A stretch of 64,000 nt of DNA, taken from positions 1-64,000 of the forward strand of contig NIVC01001422.1 of the NCBI GenBank assembly GCA_002269645.1. Reading direction: 5' to 3'. A model generated the notes under the pieces. That model was not told where the DNA came from and did not search any database. It was given only the letters and a program-made list of their open reading frames with translations. Shown piece by piece: positions 32,445 through 45,268 of the stretch (positions within the stretch are counted from its first letter, which is position 1; each line of letters opens with the position of its first letter). The DNA comes from Macrostomum lignano. Its lineage: Eukaryota. The position numbers and the translations under genes were made by a program.

Positions 32445-33400
32445 TCCTTAGCAACTCTTCCTTGAGCCAATTGGCATCTCAGCAACTTCTCATTTAGCCA
32501 ATTGGCATCTTAGCAACTTCTCATTTAGCCAATTGGCATCTCAGCAACTTCTCATTTAGCCAATTGGAATCTCAGCAACTTCTCATTTAGCCAATTGGCA
32601 TCTCAGCAACTTCTCATTTAGCCAATTGGAATCTCAGCAACTTCTCATTTAGCCAATTGGAATCTCAGCAACTTCTCATTTAGCCAATTGGAATCTCAGC
32701 AACTTCTCATTTAGCCAATTGGAATCTCAGCAACTTCTCATTTAGCCAATTGGCATCTCAGCAACTTCTCATTTAGCCAATTGGAATCTCAGCAACTTCT
32801 CATTTAGCCAATTGGAATCTCAGCAACTTCTCATTTAGCCAATTGGAATCTCAGCAACTTCTCATTTAGCCAATTGGAATCTCAGCAACTTCTCATTTAG
32901 CCAATTGGAATCTCAGCAACTTCTCATTTAGCCAATTGGAATCTTAGCAACTTCTCATTTAGCCAATTGGAATCTCAGCAACTTCTCATTTAGCCAATTG
33001 GAATCTCAGCAACTTCTCATTTAGCCAATTGGAATCTTAGCAACTTCTCATTTAGCCAATTGGAATCTCAGCAACTTCTCATTTAGCCAATTGGAATCTT
33101 AGCAACTTCTCATTTAGCCAATTGGAATCTTAGCAACTTCTCATTTAGCCAATTGGAATCTTAGCAACTTCTCATTTAGCCAATTGGAATCTCAGCAACT
33201 TCTCATTTAGCCAATTGGAATCTTAGCAACTTCTCATTTAGCCAATTGGAATCTTAGCAACTTCTCATTTAGCCAATTGGAATCTCAGCAACTTCTCATT
33301 TAGCCAATTGGAATCTTAGCAACTTCTCATTTAGCCAATTGGAATCTTAGCAACTTCTCATTTAGCCAATTGGCATCTCAGCAACTCCTCAGTGAGCCAT
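32445..33400. repeat. 31-bp minisatellite (~30 copies)
   Basis: Unit ttagccaattggaatctcagcaacttctcat. Confidence 0.96.
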
Positions 33401-33748
33401 GGCATCTCAGCAATCATTGAGTCTGTTTCTACTAGCACTACTATTCATGAAGTTTTATAAATAACATCTGGAGTGGAAGCTCAGCAAGGGTTTTTAGCTA
33501 TAAATTCTATTAGCACCAGAATCTACGGATCAGAGTATATTTTTATTGCCTTTATAAAACATAATACGATAATTGACACTGGGATTACTTTTCACATACG
33601 GAGCGACCATGCAGTAATGAACAATATGTACTATAGATTTCAAAAAATAGTTCATAAAAACAATAATTAGCTGCCACAATTACTCTTATTTAAATTTAAC
33701 GACTCTAATTTGCAAGCAATCAGCGGTTATAAAATGAAAGCCGATTAG

Positions 33749-36671
33749 CTAGCCGGGGCAGTCTTGCACAGCCGCGGCCGCTGCAGAGAACAGCCAGTTG
33801 AACTCCGCCTGGTCAGACGACCACAGATAGATGAGGTGGTCCAGACCGAATGACACCAGGCCGGCCTCGCTGCCGCAGTCCAGCAGGGCTCGAACTCCGG
33901 TCGTGTGGCCGTACAGCTCGCCAGCCAGCTCGCTGGAGGCCCTGCCGCTGCCGGCCGGGTCGCCTGCAGAGACGGCGGCCGCGGCCGCGGCAGCCAGGGA
34001 GGCCACGGCTGTTGAGCTGACGCCGGCCGCTTCGAAGCCGCGCAGGTGCCACAGCCGGATGCTGGCGTCCTCGCCTGCGGTGGCCACCGTCAGCTGACCG
34101 GATGGCGAAGTCAGCACCAGCAGGTCCGACACCTGCGACATTTGAGTGATGAGGGCGATTCTCAGGCTCCCTGTGAGATTGATGGGGCGATTCTCAGGCT
34201 CCCTGTGAGACTGATGGGGCGATTCTCAGGCTCCCTGTGAGACTGATGGGGCGATTCTCAGGCTCCCTGTGAGACTGATGGGGCGATTCTCAGGCTCCCT
34301 GTGAGACTGATGGGGCGATTCTCAGGCTCCCTGTGAGACTGATGGGGCGATTCTCAGGCTCCCTGTGAGACTGATGGGGCGATTCTCAGGCTCCCTGTGA
34401 GACTGATGGGGCGATTCTCAGGCTCCCTGTGAGATTGAAGAAGTGGCGATTCTCAGGCTCCCTGTGAGATTGATGAAGTGGCGATTCTCAGGCTCCCTGT
34501 GAGATTGATGAAGTGGCGATTCTCAGGCTCCCTGTGAGACTGATGAAGTGGCGATTCTTAGGCTCCCTGTGAGACTGATGGGGCGATTCTCAGGCTCCCT
34601 GTGAGACTGATGGGGCGATTCTCAGGCTCCCTGTGAGACTGATGGGCCGATTCTCAGGCTCCCTGTGAGACTGATGAAGTGGCGATTCTCAGGCTCCCTG
34701 TGAGACTGATGAAGTGGCGATTCTCAGGCTCCCTGTGAGACTGATGGGGCGATTCTCAGGCTCCCTGTGAGACTGATGGGGCGATTCTCAGGCTCCCTGT
34801 GAGACTGATGGGGCGATTCTCAGGCTCCCTGTGAGATTGATGAAGTGGCGATTCTTAGGCTCCCTTAGAATGTATCTCACATACCTTAGCCCTGTGCGCC
34901 GCCAGCTCGGCCACCGCAGTCCTGCCGGTCACCAGATCGAACACCGCAAAGCCGTAGCCCACACCGGCCAGCAAGTAGCGGTCGCCCAGCCTGCGGAGGG
35001 CGCAGACTGAATGCGGGAATTTCCTCTGCTCGCCTTCGTAATCAGCGTGCCGATTAAAGCGGGCCAGCCGTTCCAGGCGGGACACCGCGCCGGAGCCGAC
35101 GGTCGCCGCCGACCACAGCACGACTTCGCCGTCTAGGGAGGCGCTAGCGAACAGCAACTGCTGCTGCTTCTCCTGCTCAGCTCCGATGCCACCAACCAGA
35201 GCGGTGACGGCGCACCGGTGGCTGTCAGCCGAGTTGCATACGTGAGCCAGCGGGCCGCCCCCGCCCCCGCCGCCGACGCGAAACAATCGCAGGTGCCGAT
35301 CGTAGGCCGCGGCCAGGTGTCGCCGGCCCACCGCCGCCAGGTGCGTGACGCACTCGCCGCCGAACAGGCCGCTGTCCAGCTCGGCCAGCTCGGCACCGTC
35401 CGTCAGGCCGAACGCGTAGAGGCCTTCGCCAGCGGCCAGGAGGCAGTCGCCCACTACCAGCAGCTTCTGAACTCGGGCCTGACAGCGCCAAGACAGCAGC
35501 GGCTGCGAGTTGGACAGGCTGTGCAGCAGGACCCGGTACTGGTAGCTCGGGTCCAGGCCGGACGAGGCCAGCTGGCTGGCGGGGTGGGCGACAAGTAGAT
35601 AGGGTGGGTCACAGGTCAGGGTTGGTGGGTCACAGGTCAGGGTTGGTGGGTCACAGGTCAGGGTTGGTGGGTCACAGGTCAGGGTTGGTGGGTCACAGGT
35701 CAGTGTTGGTGGGTCAATAGTTCAAGGATAGGTGGAAGATTGATGGGTCAAGGGTTAAATGGGTCAAGAGTAAAAATGGTCAAGGGTTAAATAGTTAAAT
35801 TGGTGAAGGGTATAATGGGTCAAGGGTATAATGGGTCAAGGGTATAATGGTTCAAGGATAAAACAGGTCAAGGGTTAAATGGGTCAACGGTTATATGGGT
35901 CAAGAGTGAAATGGTTCAAGGATACAATAGCTCAAGAATTACATAGGTCAAGGGTAAAATGGGTCAATTGATAAACGGGACAAGAGTTAAATGGGTCAAG
36001 GGTAAAATTGGTCTAGGGTTAAAAAATTCAATGGTTAGGATTAAAGGGTTAAATGCAAGGGTTAATGAATCAGAGTCGGGATCAAGGTTAATTGGCCGAG
36101 GGCCAAGGTCATGTGGGTCGGCATAACGAGTCTGTGAGTCGCGGATTGATGAGTCATAGGTGTAATAAACCCTATAGAACTAACCCCGCCGGCTCGTGAG
36201 CTACGCAGGCCACCACTCGGCCAGTGTGTCCGGACAGGCGCCGGACAACCCGCCTGGATGCCAGACTCCAGACGCAGATGTCCGGCTCGTCTGCCCAGCT
36301 GATGATGAGCTGGCCGAGCTGCTCAGTTGGATCAGTACAGCGTAGAACTCCCTGCGGTGTTGGCGAAGGTTGTTTTGGGTGGCTGAAGTTTCAGCCCAAA
36401 ATAGATGCGATACGGCCTACTTACTATAGTAGGCAAGTAGCGGATTTTGACACTTAAGAGTGCGCAAGGGTGCACACAGCTTCAACTATACCTTAACGCT
36501 AGTCGAATGACCCTCTAGCAAAGTAAGGCTGCCAAACAGTCGCTGATCCGGACTGCTAGCCGGCCAATTGGCCGGGGAATGCGACATGATCTGAGCGTCC
36601 TTGATGCTCAGCGGCCACCCAAAAGGGAGAGAATCCAGCGAAACCAGAGTTGGCTTTTTGTTGGCTGTCAT
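33749..36671 (-). CDS. WDR41: WD40-repeat protein, WDR41-like, 4 exons, ~473 aa
   Basis: Exons 36671-36492, 36351-36185, 35575-34885, 34132-33749, phases consistent. WD repeats (LEGHSTSVK, LSGHTGRV, ASLDGEVVLW, AHRAKV, GEDASIRLW). The C-terminal ELAGELYGHTTGV...GLVSFGLDHLIYLW and LAGVGYGFAVFDL recall human WDR41 as I remember it. Confidence 0.78.
34150..34865. repeat. 32/35-bp minisatellite filling WDR41 intron 3
   Basis: Unit gtgagactgatggggcgattctcaggctccct. Confidence 0.95.
35600..36070. repeat. 21-bp repeat (gggtcacaggtcagggttggt) grading into degenerate aatgggtcaagggt units
   Basis: Located in WDR41 intron 2. Confidence 0.8.
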
Positions 36672-36800
36672 GAAATTTATCAGGAATATTAAATCATTAG
36701 TCATTAATCATTTCGCTTTCATATGGATTCTACTAACTGGTTTAACCGCTGGGTAATATCCTTAATGTGATAAGTTTATATACTAATGCAAGTAACATCA

Positions 36801-37665
36801 CTAGTGTAGCATCCTTGGTGTGACCTGCCCTAGTGTACCATCCTTGGTGTGACCTGCCCTAGTGTAGCATCCTTGGTGTGACCTGCCCTAGTGTACCATC
36901 CTTGGTGTGACCTGCCCTAGTGTACCATCCTTGGTGTGACCTGCCCTAGTGTAGCATCCTTGGTGTGACATGCCCTAGTGTACCATCCTTGGTGTGACCT
37001 GCCCTAGTGTACCATCCTTGGTGTGACCTGCCCTAGTGTACCATCCTTGGTGTGACCTGCCCTAGTGTACCATCCTTGGTGTGACCTGCCCTAGTGTACC
37101 ATCCCTGGTGTGACCTGCCCTAGTGTAGCATCCTTGGTGTGACATGCCCTAGTGTACCATCCTTGGTGTGACATGCCCTAGTGTACCATCCCGGGTGTGA
37201 CCTGCCCTAGTGTACCAGCCTTGGTGTGACATGCCCTAGTGTACCATCCCGGGTGTGACCTGCCCTAGTGTACCAGCCTTGGTGTGACATGCCCTAGTGT
37301 ACCATCCTTGGTGTGACATGCCCTAGTGTACCATCCCGGGTGTGACCTGCCCTAGTGTACCATCCTTGGTGTGACCTGCCCTAGTGTACCATCCCTGGTG
37401 TGACCTGCCCTAGTGTACCATCCTTGGTGTGACCTGCCCTAGTGTACCATCCTTGGTGTGACATGCCCTAGTGTACCATCCCGGGTGTGACCTGCCCTAG
37501 TGTACCATCCTTGGTGTGACCTGCCCTAGTGTACCATCCCTGGTGTGACCTGCCCTAGTGTACCATCCCTGGTGTGACCTGCCCTAGTGTACCATCCCTG
37601 GTGTGACCTGCCCTAGTGTACCATCCCTGGTGTGACCTGCTCTAGTATAGCATCCTTGGTGTGAC
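36801..37665. repeat. 29-bp minisatellite (~30 copies), intergenic
   Basis: Unit ctagtgtaccatccttggtgtgacctgcc. Confidence 0.96.
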
Positions 37666-38152
37666 AACCTACGAGAGCCTACGAGAAAAAATGAACTAAA
37701 ATCCTCAGACAAAGAGCAGCTGTATTAGGATGAAGCAATATTTAATCTCTCAAACAGCAAGCAATTTATAGCTGAATGAAACAGGAAACAAGAAATCTCT
37801 TGATATGATATATATATATATATATTGTGCATCACAGTTATATACGAATCAACAACAATACATTACAAAGAATTTAAGTTTTTTTGTTTTATAACGCGCA
37901 TCAGGACACAACAGCTTTAATTTTAAAATTATTCGGATTCTTGGGATCTCCAAACTTTATTACATTATTTTATTTTGAAACGGGATTTTTAAGCGGGTAA
38001 ACGGCGGGAGTAACTATTACTGTTCTATAACAAGAAAATGCCTCGGGATCTAATTAGTGCTACGAAAATCCGTAGCTACCTTTATACGGTATAACAGCAA
38101 TAGCGGTGCACACTGACAAGCCTATAAGACCCGCCCCCCCCCCCCCCCCAAG

Positions 38153-41100
38153 TCAGGCATCGTATTCCAAGCCCGGCGAGGCCAGCGGTCCGCCTCCATT
38201 GTTACTGCTGTCAATCGCGTCTTCCTGCTGCTGCTGCTGTTGCTGTTGCCCGTCTGCTGAAGCTTCGGTGGCGCGGGCAGCAGCTGAGTCGACAGCGTCA
38301 CCTGATGGAGCAACAGCGCCATCGTGACTGCTGTAGTCGGCGGTTTCCTCGGCAGCCGGGCAGGCGGCCACGAGCTGGTGGGACAGCCAGTCGACAGCCT
38401 CAGGCAGGCCCTGGCCGGTCATGGCGTCGCAGGACTGAATGTGCCAGGACCGGGTTGAGCACAGCTTCACCAGCTGGAAGCGCTCCATCAGAGTCTCAAT
38501 AGTGATGGCGCCAGGCGAGCTCTGCTTATTAGCCAGGATGAGAAATGAGGCCTCCTTGAGTTCGGGCTCTTGCAGCAGCTTTGTGAGCTCGTTGAATGCC
38601 TCTTCTAGGCGGGCCGAGTCGCACGAGTCGATCACGAATACCAGGCACTGCGGCATGGGTGGGTTGGGGTATTCAGGTTGGGGAATTCGACGGATGCAGG
38701 AAATCTCTCAGCAGAAGTAGAGAATTTCCAACAGGATCAGGTGATTTTCAAGGATATTTGAAAAATTAGTAGGATCTCTTAGGAGAATCGGGGAAATCTC
38801 AATGGAGAATCAGGGAATCTCTGATTAGAAGCAGGGGAATCTCTGAGGAGAATCAGGGGAATCTCTGAGGAGAATCAGGGGAATCTCAATGGAGAATCAG
38901 GGGAATCTCAATGGAGAATCAGGGGAATCTCAATGGAGAATCAGGGGAATCTCAATGGAGAATCAGGGGAATCTCAATGGAGGATCAGGGGAATCTCTGA
39001 TTAGAATCAGGGGAATCTCTGATTAGAATCAGGGGAATCTCTGATTAGAATCAGGGGAATCTCTGATTAGAATCAGGGGAATCTCTGATTAGAATCAGGG
39101 GAATCTCTGATTAGAATCAGGGGAATCTCTGATTAGAATCAGGGGAATCTCTGATTAGAATCAGGGGAATCTCTGAGGAGAACCAGGGGAACTTGAGAGA
39201 ACTCACGCCAGCCGCACCAAAGTGACCTACCTGAGTATTCAGATAGTAGTGCCTCCACAGCGGCCTGAGCTTAGGTGAGCCGCCAACGTCCCAATAAGTG
39301 AGTTTGACATTGTCGCATTCAATAGTTTCCACATTGAAGCCGATTGTTGGCACGGCGCTAACAAATTCGTTCTGCTTCAATCGGAACAGAATGGAAGTCT
39401 TGCCGGCCCCGTCCAGTCCAAGCAGCACCGCTCGCATCTCCAGCTTGGGCCCGATGTGCAGGCGGTGGTCCCGGGTGAAGGTCAGCGGAACTGACGCGTC
39501 TGGGGCCAGCCTGCGGTGGGGCGGTGGCGGCAGGTTGCTGGTTGAAGAGAGCGCTGGCTTGATAGGTGAGATTTCATACTTCTTTGCGGATCCAGGGGGC
39601 ATTTTTTAAGTAGGAGAGGCTTATGAAGAGGATGATGCTTCTAGGGGCGGATTCTAGGCGGAGGATGATGCTTCTGGGGGCGGTTTCTACGGGGAGGATG
39701 ATGCTACGGGGAGGAGGACGGGGGCGGATTCTACGGGGAGGATGATGCTTCTAGGGGCGGATTCTATGGGGAGAATTCTATGGGGAGGATGATGCTTCTA
39801 GGGGCGGATTCTAGGTGGAAGATAATGCTTCTGGGGGCGGATTCTAGGCGGAGGATGATGCTTCTAGGGGCGGATTCTACGGGGAGAATTCTATGGGGAG
39901 GATGATGCTTCTAGGGGCGGATTCTATGGGGAGGATGATGCTTCTAGGGGCGGATTCTATGGGTAGGATGATGCTTCTAGGGGCGGATTCTATGGGGAGG
40001 ATGATGCTTCTAGGGGCGGATTCTATGGGGAGGATGATGCTTCTAGGGGCGGGTTCTACGGGGAGGATGATGCTTCTAGGGGCGGATTCTATGGGGAGGA
40101 TGATGCTTCTAGGGGCGGATTCTATGGGGAGGATTCTACGGGAGGATAATGCTTCTGGGGGCAGATTCTATGGGCAGGATGATGCTTCTAGGGGCGGATT
40201 CTATGGGATGATGCTTCTAGGGGCGGATTCTATGGGGAGGATAATGCTTCTAGGGGCGGATTCTATGGGGAGGATGATGCTTCTAGGGGCGGTTTCTATG
40301 GGGAGGATGATGCTTCTAGGGGCGGTTTCTATGGGGAGGATGATGCTTCTAGGGGCGGTTTCTATGGGATGATGCTTCTAGGGGCGGATTCTATGGGGAG
40401 GATGATGCTTCTAGGGGCGGATTCTAGGCGGAGGATGATGCTTCTAAGGGCGGATTCTAGGCGGAGGATGATGCTTCTAGGAGCGGATTCTATGGGGGAG
40501 GATTCTAGGGGGAGGATGATTCTTCTAGGGGCGGATTCTACGGGGAGGATGATGCTTCTAGGAGCGGATTCTATGGGGAGGATGATGCTTCTAGGGGCGG
40601 ATTCTATGGGGAGGATTCTACGGGAGGATGATGCTTCTAGGGGCGGGTTCTACGGGGAGGATGATGCTTCGAGGGGCGGATTCAACGGGGAGGATGATGC
40701 TTCTAGGGGCGGATTCTACGGGGAGGATGATGCTTCTAGGGGCGAATTCTATGGGGAGGATGATGCTTCTAGGGGCGGATTCTATGGGGAGGATAATGCT
40801 TCTAGGGGCGGATTCTAGGTGGAGGATAATGCTTCTGGGGGCGGATTCTATGGGGAGGATGATGCTTCTAGGGGCGGATTCTATGGGATGATGCTTCTAG
40901 GGGCGGATTCTATGGGGAGGATAATGCTTCTAGGGGCGGATTCTATGGGGAGGATGATGCTTCTAGGGGCGAATTCTATGGGGAGGATTCTACGGGAGGA
41001 TGATGCTTCTAGGGGCGGATTCTATGGGGAGGATTCTACGGGGAGGATGATGCTTCTAGGGGCGGGTTCTACGGGGAGGATGATGCTTCGAGGGGCGGAT

Positions 41101-43990
41101 TCTACGGGGAGGATGATGCTTCGAGGGGCGGATTCTACGGGGAGGATGATGCTTCGAGGGGCGGATTCTATGGGCAGGATGATGCTTCTAGGGGCGGATT
41201 CTATGGGCAGGATGATGCTTCTAGGGGCGGATTCTATGGGCAGGATGATGCTTCTAGGGGCGGATTCTATGGGCAGGATGATGCTTCTAGGGGCGAATTC
41301 TATGGGGAGGATAATGCTTCTGGGGGTGGATTCTATGGGGAGGATGATGCTTCGAGGGGCGGATTCTACGGGGAGGATGATGCTTCAAGGGGCGGATTCC
41401 ACGCGGGAGTGTTACACAGACAATTAAACAGCAATTGGCATAGGAAAAGCCTATTGGATACCTGGCCAGCGTGTCAGCGCAGTCGGCCTGTTGCTTAGCA
41501 ACTGTGAGGGCGGCGGCGGCCAGCTCAGGCTTGGCGGCCAGCAGTTCCAGATCGGGCAAGGCCAGAGCTCCTGACAGCTGCTCGGTGGCGGAGGTGACAC
41601 CGTTGAGTAGGTCGGCCAGTTGCTCCAACTGGGTGTTCACGCAGCTGAGCCGCTGCTGTACATGCGCCTGCAGAGCCGTGCGAGCCGCCTGACGCTGCTG
41701 TTGCACTCGCTTGGCCAGAACCTGTGAAGTGTGAGTGACGCTGTCTAGACTAACGCTTACCACAGACTTCGACATTAAGACAGAAGCAGGCAGAAGAAAA
41801 CGAGGATTGGCCTCACCTCAAAGTACTCCTCAACCTGCCGCTCGGCCACGGCCCTAGTCCCAGTTTCGGACCTGTCGATCTCCTCTGCGCAGGCGCGCAA
41901 TCGTCTGGCCGCTTCGTTCAAATCGGCGGCAAAAGCTCGCACGCTGGACAGGCTGGCGCTGAGGCCGGATCGAACCGACTCGAGCTCGGATTCGAGCAGG
42001 GCGTGCCGGTGACCAACGTGCCTGCCGTAGTCTTTGCAGATGTAGCACATCAGGCTGTTTCGCCAGCAGGCCTCCTCTAGGCAGACCAGCTCGGCGGCGT
42101 GCATCGGGTGGTAGCGGCATCTGACAATTGGGATTGGCTGCTAACAGACACAACGGAACGGATCTAACAGACAGAACGGATCTAACAGACAGAACGGATC
42201 TAACAGACAGAACGGATCTAACAGACACAACGGAACGGATCTAACAGACAGAACGGATCTAACAGACACAACGGAACGGATCTAACAGACACAACGGAAC
42301 GGATCTAACAGACACAACGGATCTAACAGACAGAACGGAACGGATCTAACAGACACAACGGAACGGATCTAACAGACACAACGGAACGGATCTAACAGAC
42401 ACAACGGAACGGATCTAACAGACAGAACGGAACGGATCTAACAGACACAACGGAACGGATCTAACAGACACAACGGAACGGATCTAACAGACACAACGGA
42501 ACGGATCTAACAGACACAACGGAACGGATCTAACAGACACAACGGAACGGATCTAACAGACACAACGGAACGGATCTAACAGACACAACGGAACGGATCT
42601 AACAGACACAACGGATCTAACAGACACAACGGAACGGATCTAACAGACACAACGGATCTAACAGACACAACGGAACGGATCTAACAGACACAACGGAACG
42701 GATCTAACAGACACAACGGATCTAACAGACAGAACGGAACGGATCTAACAGACACAACGGATCTAACAGACAGAACGGAACGGATCTAACAGACAGAACG
42801 GAACGGATCTAACAGACACAACGGATCCAACAGACAGAACGGAACGGATCTAACAGACAGAACGGAACGGATCTAACAGACACAACGGAACGGATCTAAC
42901 AGACAGAACGGAACGGATCTAACAGACACAACGGAACGGATCTAACAGACACAACGGAACGGATCTAACAGACAGAACGGAACGGATCTAACAGACAGAA
43001 CGGAACGGATCTAACAGACAGAACGGAACGGATCTAACAGACAGAACGGAACGGATCTAACAGACAGAACGGAACGGATCTAACAGACACAACGGATCTA
43101 ACAGACAGAACGGAACGGATCTAACAGACACAACGGAACGGATCTAACAGACACAACGGAACGGATCTAACAGACACAACGGAACGGATCTAACAGACAA
43201 AACAGCCCAAATCTAACAGACAAAACAGACCAAATCTAACAGACAAAACAGCCTCATTAATTCTTGACCCAATCCATCTCACTTCCGCCAATAGTTACCT
43301 GGGAATCCTGGCGGGCCTCTGGCCGACCGGCACCAGACTGTGCTGGCTCAGAGTCCTGGAGCTGTGTGTAGTCCTGGCGCAGTCCGGGCACAGGTTGCTG
43401 CTGCACACTAGGCAGTGCAGCTCCGCAGTGTGCGAGTCGTTCTCGTCGCACGGCACCGACGGAGGTGACGGCGGCTGCGGCGGCGGCGAAGCGGCGGCAG
43501 TGGAGGATGAGGCTCCGGAGCCAGACGTCGCAGACGCTGAATTGGCGTCGCCACCGCCAGAAGCTCCGACGGCCGAGTCGCTGCTAACCGCCAGCCGCTC
43601 CAGCTGTTCAAGCAGGGCGAAATTCTTCTTCAGTCCCCAGACGCCCGCTTCTGGCAGCGGCGTTGGCTGCCTGTCGAATGGGCACAGCAGGCAGCCGCCC
43701 GGCCCGCCGCCGTCGTGGTGCTGCAGGACGGGCAGCTGGCGGAGGCAGCGATGGCAGACGCTGTGGCCGCAGGCCAGCAGCCTGGGCAGAAGGTCGCCCT
43801 GCATGTCGAAGCCTTCGTTGCAGAGACGGCACTCCACTGCCTGCGAGATGGGCGAGCGGATGAGCGAGCGATAGAAGCACTGATGTCAGTATTGTAAAAA
43901 GATATGCGATGCACTGCGACCGTTCTATACAGGATAAAAACAGACTTACTAGGAAAAAAGAGAGACTCACGGACAGACAAACAGACAGGC

Positions 43991-44027
<37 letters not shown>

Positions 44028-44086
44028 CAGACAGACACAGAGATGCAGACAGACAGACAGACACACAGACAGACAGGCAGACAGCC

Positions 44087-44123
<37 letters not shown>

Positions 44124-44217
44124 CACAGACAGACAGCCAGACAGACAGACAGACGCACACAGACAGACAGACAGACAGACGGCAGACAGACAATCAGACA
44201 CACACAGACAGACAGCC

Positions 44218-44257
<40 letters not shown>

Positions 44258-44280
44258 GGCAGACAGACAATCAGACACAC

Positions 44281-44327
<47 letters not shown>

Positions 44328-44398
44328 CAGACAGACAGACGGACACACAGACAGACAGACAGCCAGTCAAATGGACTCACCATGCTTGATTCGGACAT
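38153..44398 (-). CDS. TRIM23: E3 ubiquitin ligase TRIM23/ARD1 (RING, two B-boxes, coiled coil, ARF GTPase), 6 exons, ~632 aa
   Basis: Exons 44398-44381, 43840-43299, 42120-41817, 41721-41462, 39510-39231, 38647-38153, phases consistent. Motifs [34 protein letters not shown]; P-loop [25 protein letters not shown]. Confidence 0.97.
38790..39190. repeat. 22-bp minisatellite
   Basis: Unit ttagaatcaggggaatctctga / gagaatcaggggaatctcaatg. Confidence 0.92.
39620..41400. repeat. 33-bp minisatellite (~50 copies)
   Basis: Unit ggggaggatgatgcttctaggggcggattctat; source of the spurious [11 protein letters not shown] ORFs. Confidence 0.96.
42140..43250. repeat. 23/18-bp minisatellite
   Basis: Unit aacggaacggatctaacagacac. 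Confidence 0.96.
43965..44365. repeat. (AGAC)n microsatellite in TRIM23 intron 1
   Basis: Imperfect tetranucleotide array. Confidence 0.95.
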
Positions 44399-44747
44399 AT
44401 GAAGCGAAGACAGCAGACCAAAGGATGAGATTCTATCTAGTAAAACACAGTTTCAGGTGCAAAGGATGCCAGCTGAAAGTAAAGCAAAGTTAGCAACAGA
44501 ATTACCTATTTACTAAAACCATGAAAAATAATAAGGTAAAACGGCAGTTAAGTAGAAAAGGTAAAAGTCGCATATTTCGAAAAAGCCCGAATCTGATACA
44601 TGTGGCATGCATTTATTAATAAAGAATCTCAGTTAATTAGAAATGACACAATAACAACTGATTGCATAACAGGCAATACATGTACATCGGAGCAGAGAAG
44701 CTTTTGGAACTACGAAATCAAAAAACTAAACGTGACTAAACTTTTAA

Positions 44748-45190
44748 GATAATCTCACCTAGATCAATCTCACACTGCGAGATAATCTCACCTAGATCAA
44801 TCTCACACTGCGAGATAATCTCACCTAGATCAATCTCACACTGCGAGATAGTCCCACCTAGATCAATCTAATACTGTGAGATAATCCCGCCTAGATCAAT
44901 CTCACACTGCGAGATAGTCCCACCTAGATCAATCTTATACTGTGAGATAATCCCGCCTAGATCAATCTCACACTGCGAGATAGTCCCACCTAGATCAATC
45001 TCACACTGCGAGATAATCTCATCTAAATCATTCTCACACTGTGAGATAATCTCACCCAAATCAATCTCACTCTCCGAGATAGTCTCACACTGTGAGATAA
45101 TCTCACCCAAATCAATCTCACACTCCGAGATAGTCTCACACTGTGAGATAGTCTCACCCAAATCAATCTCACATTGGGCATAATCTCACC
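44748..45190. repeat. 33-bp minisatellite between the GRHPR 3' end and the TRIM23 start
   Basis: Unit agatcaatctcacactgcgagataatctcacct. Confidence 0.9.
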
Positions 45191-45268
45191 AGATTAATCT
45201 CACACGAAGACAATATCAAGCAGATCGTGTCAAAAGCCGTAATAATCTCACAGCAAACTAATACAGCG

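Noticed and set aside
32445-37665. CRISPR-like regular repeats of 29-32 bp
   Set aside because: The units are head-to-tail with no unique spacers, there are no cas genes, and the context is eukaryotic.
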